NCBI RefSeq assembly: GCF_018350175.1
Contig: NC_058368.1
Span: 95,916,001 to 95,980,000, forward strand
DNA: 64,000 bases
From: Felis catus
Lineage: Eukaryota
Direction: 5' to 3'
Every line of letters begins with the position of its first letter. The stretch's first letter is position 1. Below the pieces are notes generated by a model. The model was given only the letters and a program-made list of their open reading frames with translations, was not told the DNA's origin and made no database searches. Shown here piece by piece: positions 61,212 through 64,000 of this stretch. Position numbers and translations under genes: made by a program.

Positions 61212-62650
61212 TTACAAAATGTATTTCTCAAATAATAAGCCTTGAAAGTTGAAATTACTCCTTGAGTCAAGGGCTGCAGAATGGATGTCGTGTTACCAGG
61301 CATGTAAAAAAATTTAATTACATTGTCCATATCCATCAGAACTCTTGGGTGACCAGGTGCTTCATCAGTGTGCAGTAATATTTTGAAAGAAATTTTGTTT
61401 CTGAGCAGTAGTTCTCAAGATTGGGCTTAAAATATTCAGTAAACCATGTTGTAAACAGATGTGCTGTCATCCAGGCTTTGTTGTTCCCTTTATAGAGCTC
61501 GGGCAGAGTGGGTTTAGCTTCGTTCTTAAAGGCCCTAGGGTTTTTAAAATGGGGAACAAGCATTAGCTTCAACTTCAAGCCATCAGCTTCATTAGCTCAT
61601 AATAAGAGAGTTGGCCTGTCGTTTGAAGTCTTGAAGCCAACCATTGACTTCTCTCGAGCTGTCAAAGTCCTAGATGGTATCATCTTCCAGTGTAAGGCTG
61701 TTCCATCTAAATTGAAGATCTGTTGTTTTAATGTAACCACTTTCATGGATTGTCTTGGTTCAGTCTTCCGGTAACCTAGCTGTAGCTTCTGCATGGCACT
61801 CGATGTTTCTCCTCGCACTTTTGTGTTATGGAGATGGCTTCTTTCCTTAAGCCCCCTGAACTCCGCTAGCTTCAAACTTCAGCAGCTTTCTATGTCTCTC
61901 AGCCTTTCCAGAATTGAAGAGAGTTTGTGCCTTATTCTTGGTTAGTCTTTGGCTTAGGAGAATGTTGTGGCTGGTTTGATCTTCTATCCAGACCAGTAAA
62001 ACTGTATCCGCATCAGCAGTAAGGCTGTTTCTCTTTCTTATCATTCATGTGTTCACTGGAGCAGTGCTTTTAATTTCCTTCAAGTACTTTTTTCTTTGCC
62101 TTCATGACTTGGCTCTTTGGCACAAGAGAGGTCTTGCTTTCAACCTGTCCTGACTGGTGACAGGCCTTCCTCACTAAACTTAATTATTTCTAGCTTTTGA
62201 TTTAAAGTGAGACATGTGTGACTCTCCCTTGAACACTCAGAGGCTCTTGTAAGGTTATTAATTGGCCTGATTTGAATACTGTTGTGTCTCAAGGAGAGGG
62301 GGGGCCTGAAGAGAGGGAGAGAGATGGGGGAAAAGCCAGTCATTGGGACAGTCAGAGCACACACATTTATCAATTAAATTGGTCATTTTCTATGGGCATG
62401 GTTTGTGGTGCCCTAAGACAATTACAAGAGTAACATCAAAGATCACTGATGAATAGCAAATATAATGCTGAACATTTTGAAACATCCTGAGAATTACCAA
62501 AATGTGAAACAAAGTGAGGAAATGCTATTGGAAAAATGGTGCTCATTGACTTGTTCCATGCAGAGTTACCACACAACTTCAATTTGCAAAAAAAAAAAAA
62601 AAAAATGCAATGTCTGAAAACACAACAAGGTGAAGTGCCATAAAATGTAC
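61212..62650 (-). mobile_element. Tigger1 DNA transposon (TcMar-Tigger), decayed transposase, 3'-truncated
   Basis: Minus-strand ORF pieces: LTLNQKLEIIKFSEEG (HTH), VWIEDQTSHNILLSQ, QQIFNLDGTALHWKMIPSRT, NPRAFKNEAKPTLPELYKGNNKAWMTAHLFTTWFTEYFKP (DDE region); frameshifted. Confidence 0.93.
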
Positions 62651-62934
62651 TAAACTTGGATAAAGTCTCTGCTTCCTACCGCTCACACCTGCCCCAAGAA
62701 CCCTGATGATGTATGTGAAGGCCAAGGCTATGTAGCTAAGGATGGAAGTTGAGATTTATAAGGAGATTCAAATTTGTATCTGGTGGCTTTTACTTTGTTA
62801 GTGTATAGGGTTTTTTGTGGGTTTTTTTAAATCTTTTTTATTACTATATCTCCTCTTACTTATTGCCTCAATTAGAATTTCATTAGCTTGGATGCTACAA
62901 CAAACTAAGCCTGGGGCTTTGTAAGGCTATGAAG

Positions 62935-63640
62935 GAAATGGTTGCCAGGAACAGATCAATTAGGAAACCGGGTGAAGGAGAAAGAAGCATTTTCACACCT
63001 CTTAGAAATAGTTTGTCTAGGCAAAAAAACATTCAATGTATCTTTATCTTTCTGTCTATGGAGAGAGGAAGAGACAGAAAGAGAGGCTGCAAGGAGCTGG
63101 TGTACATGATGGTGGGAACTAATGAAATAAGTTCGGAATCCATAGGGGAGAAATTCACGAAGGGAAGATCATGAGAAGACTGAAACTCCCTTGGGCATTG
63201 GCTGAAGGATCAGGAAAGGAAGAGCCTGTGAAGAGAAAACAAATTTTAGTCCTATATTTAAAGTATATCTCAAGGGAATGCCAAAGTCTCTTAAAGGACC
63301 TCTACAGATGACATCAGATCCACCAGACAGCCTCTCTTACGTAAAGCTGAACTGATTAGACCTTCTGCACGATCCCTTCACAGCAGCCCCCAGGTTAGTC
63401 TTTGATTAAAGACTTGGAGGAAAATGTGTGCGTGTTACAAGATGGCGGCTGTGCCAACCTGCCTCGTCTTAATAGTGCCCTCAATTCGATACACCAGAAA
63501 GCCATTCCAGATAGGTGGTGTTTCTCTGGATCTTTCCCCTGGGCGTTTTCTTCATTTGCTTTATGGCCACTACAGCATTAGAATTCAGAGTTCTCATTTG
63601 ACAAGGTGTAGGTAGGCTGTAGATTAAACCCTTATAATTA
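62935..63640 (+). mobile_element. ERVL solo LTR (MLT2E/F-like)
   Basis: 'gcaaggagctggtgtacatgatggtggga','ctcttacgtaaagctgaactgattag...cccttcacagcagcccccaggttagtctttgatt' are MLT2-type blocks. Confidence 0.6.
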
Positions 63641-64000
63641 GACTTTAATTTAAAAACCAAATAGATGGCATATAACTTGAGAACTGAAAGGAATTTGGGG
63701 CATCCTATACTTACTCCCTCATGCATTAAGAGTGTAAGTGATTTTCCTGTTATCACGCTGCAAGTTAGTAATGGAGTCCTATCTAATGGCCTAATCATAT
63801 CATATCATGATAACAGAGATTTAAAGTCACTATTCTGTGATATTCACATGTGGACACCAGGGAAAAGAGAAGTAACTTAAGTTACTATCAGGGATGTAGA
63901 ACTGAACAGGTGGCCTGTTTTCAAAGACTTTGTTTTTAACTTATGTGTTCAACTACCTCAGAATAGAATATGCATCTTGTGACCAATGGCAAAGTAATGT

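Noticed and set aside
61212..62650. Domesticated TIGD-type transposase gene
   Set aside because: The coding sequence is broken into at least four frames, lacks the start and is 3'-truncated; it is a fossil Tigger1.

Overview
Mammalian, most likely felid (cat-like), non-coding genomic DNA that is intergenic or deep-intronic. I found no protein-coding exon, RNA gene or CRISPR array that I can support. The ORF track is explained by tRNA-derived Can-SINEs (about 38 copies or fragments counted by eye), decayed LINE-1 ORF1/ORF2 pieces, a dead Tigger1 transposase and simple repeats. Other content: L2, MIR, MER5A, and ERVL/MaLR solo LTRs (LTR41-, LTR33-, LTR16-, MLT1-, MLT2-like). The most informative structures are two LINE-1 copies with twin-priming 5' inversions (52.8-55.5 kb and 58.7-60.8 kb), a ~13-kb multi-tier nested L1 block (22.2-35.9 kb), young felid SINE/L1 insertions with TSDs, several closely spaced inverted SINE pairs, and repeat-poor, motif-rich candidate enhancers (12.1-13.5 kb, an AP-1/MARE cluster at 14.0-16.3 kb, a GATA cluster at 36.2-36.5 kb). 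I found no evidence for a novel biological system. Subfamily names come from recalled consensus sequences, were not computed, and need RepeatMasker/Dfam confirmation. Boundaries of old repeats are approximate.
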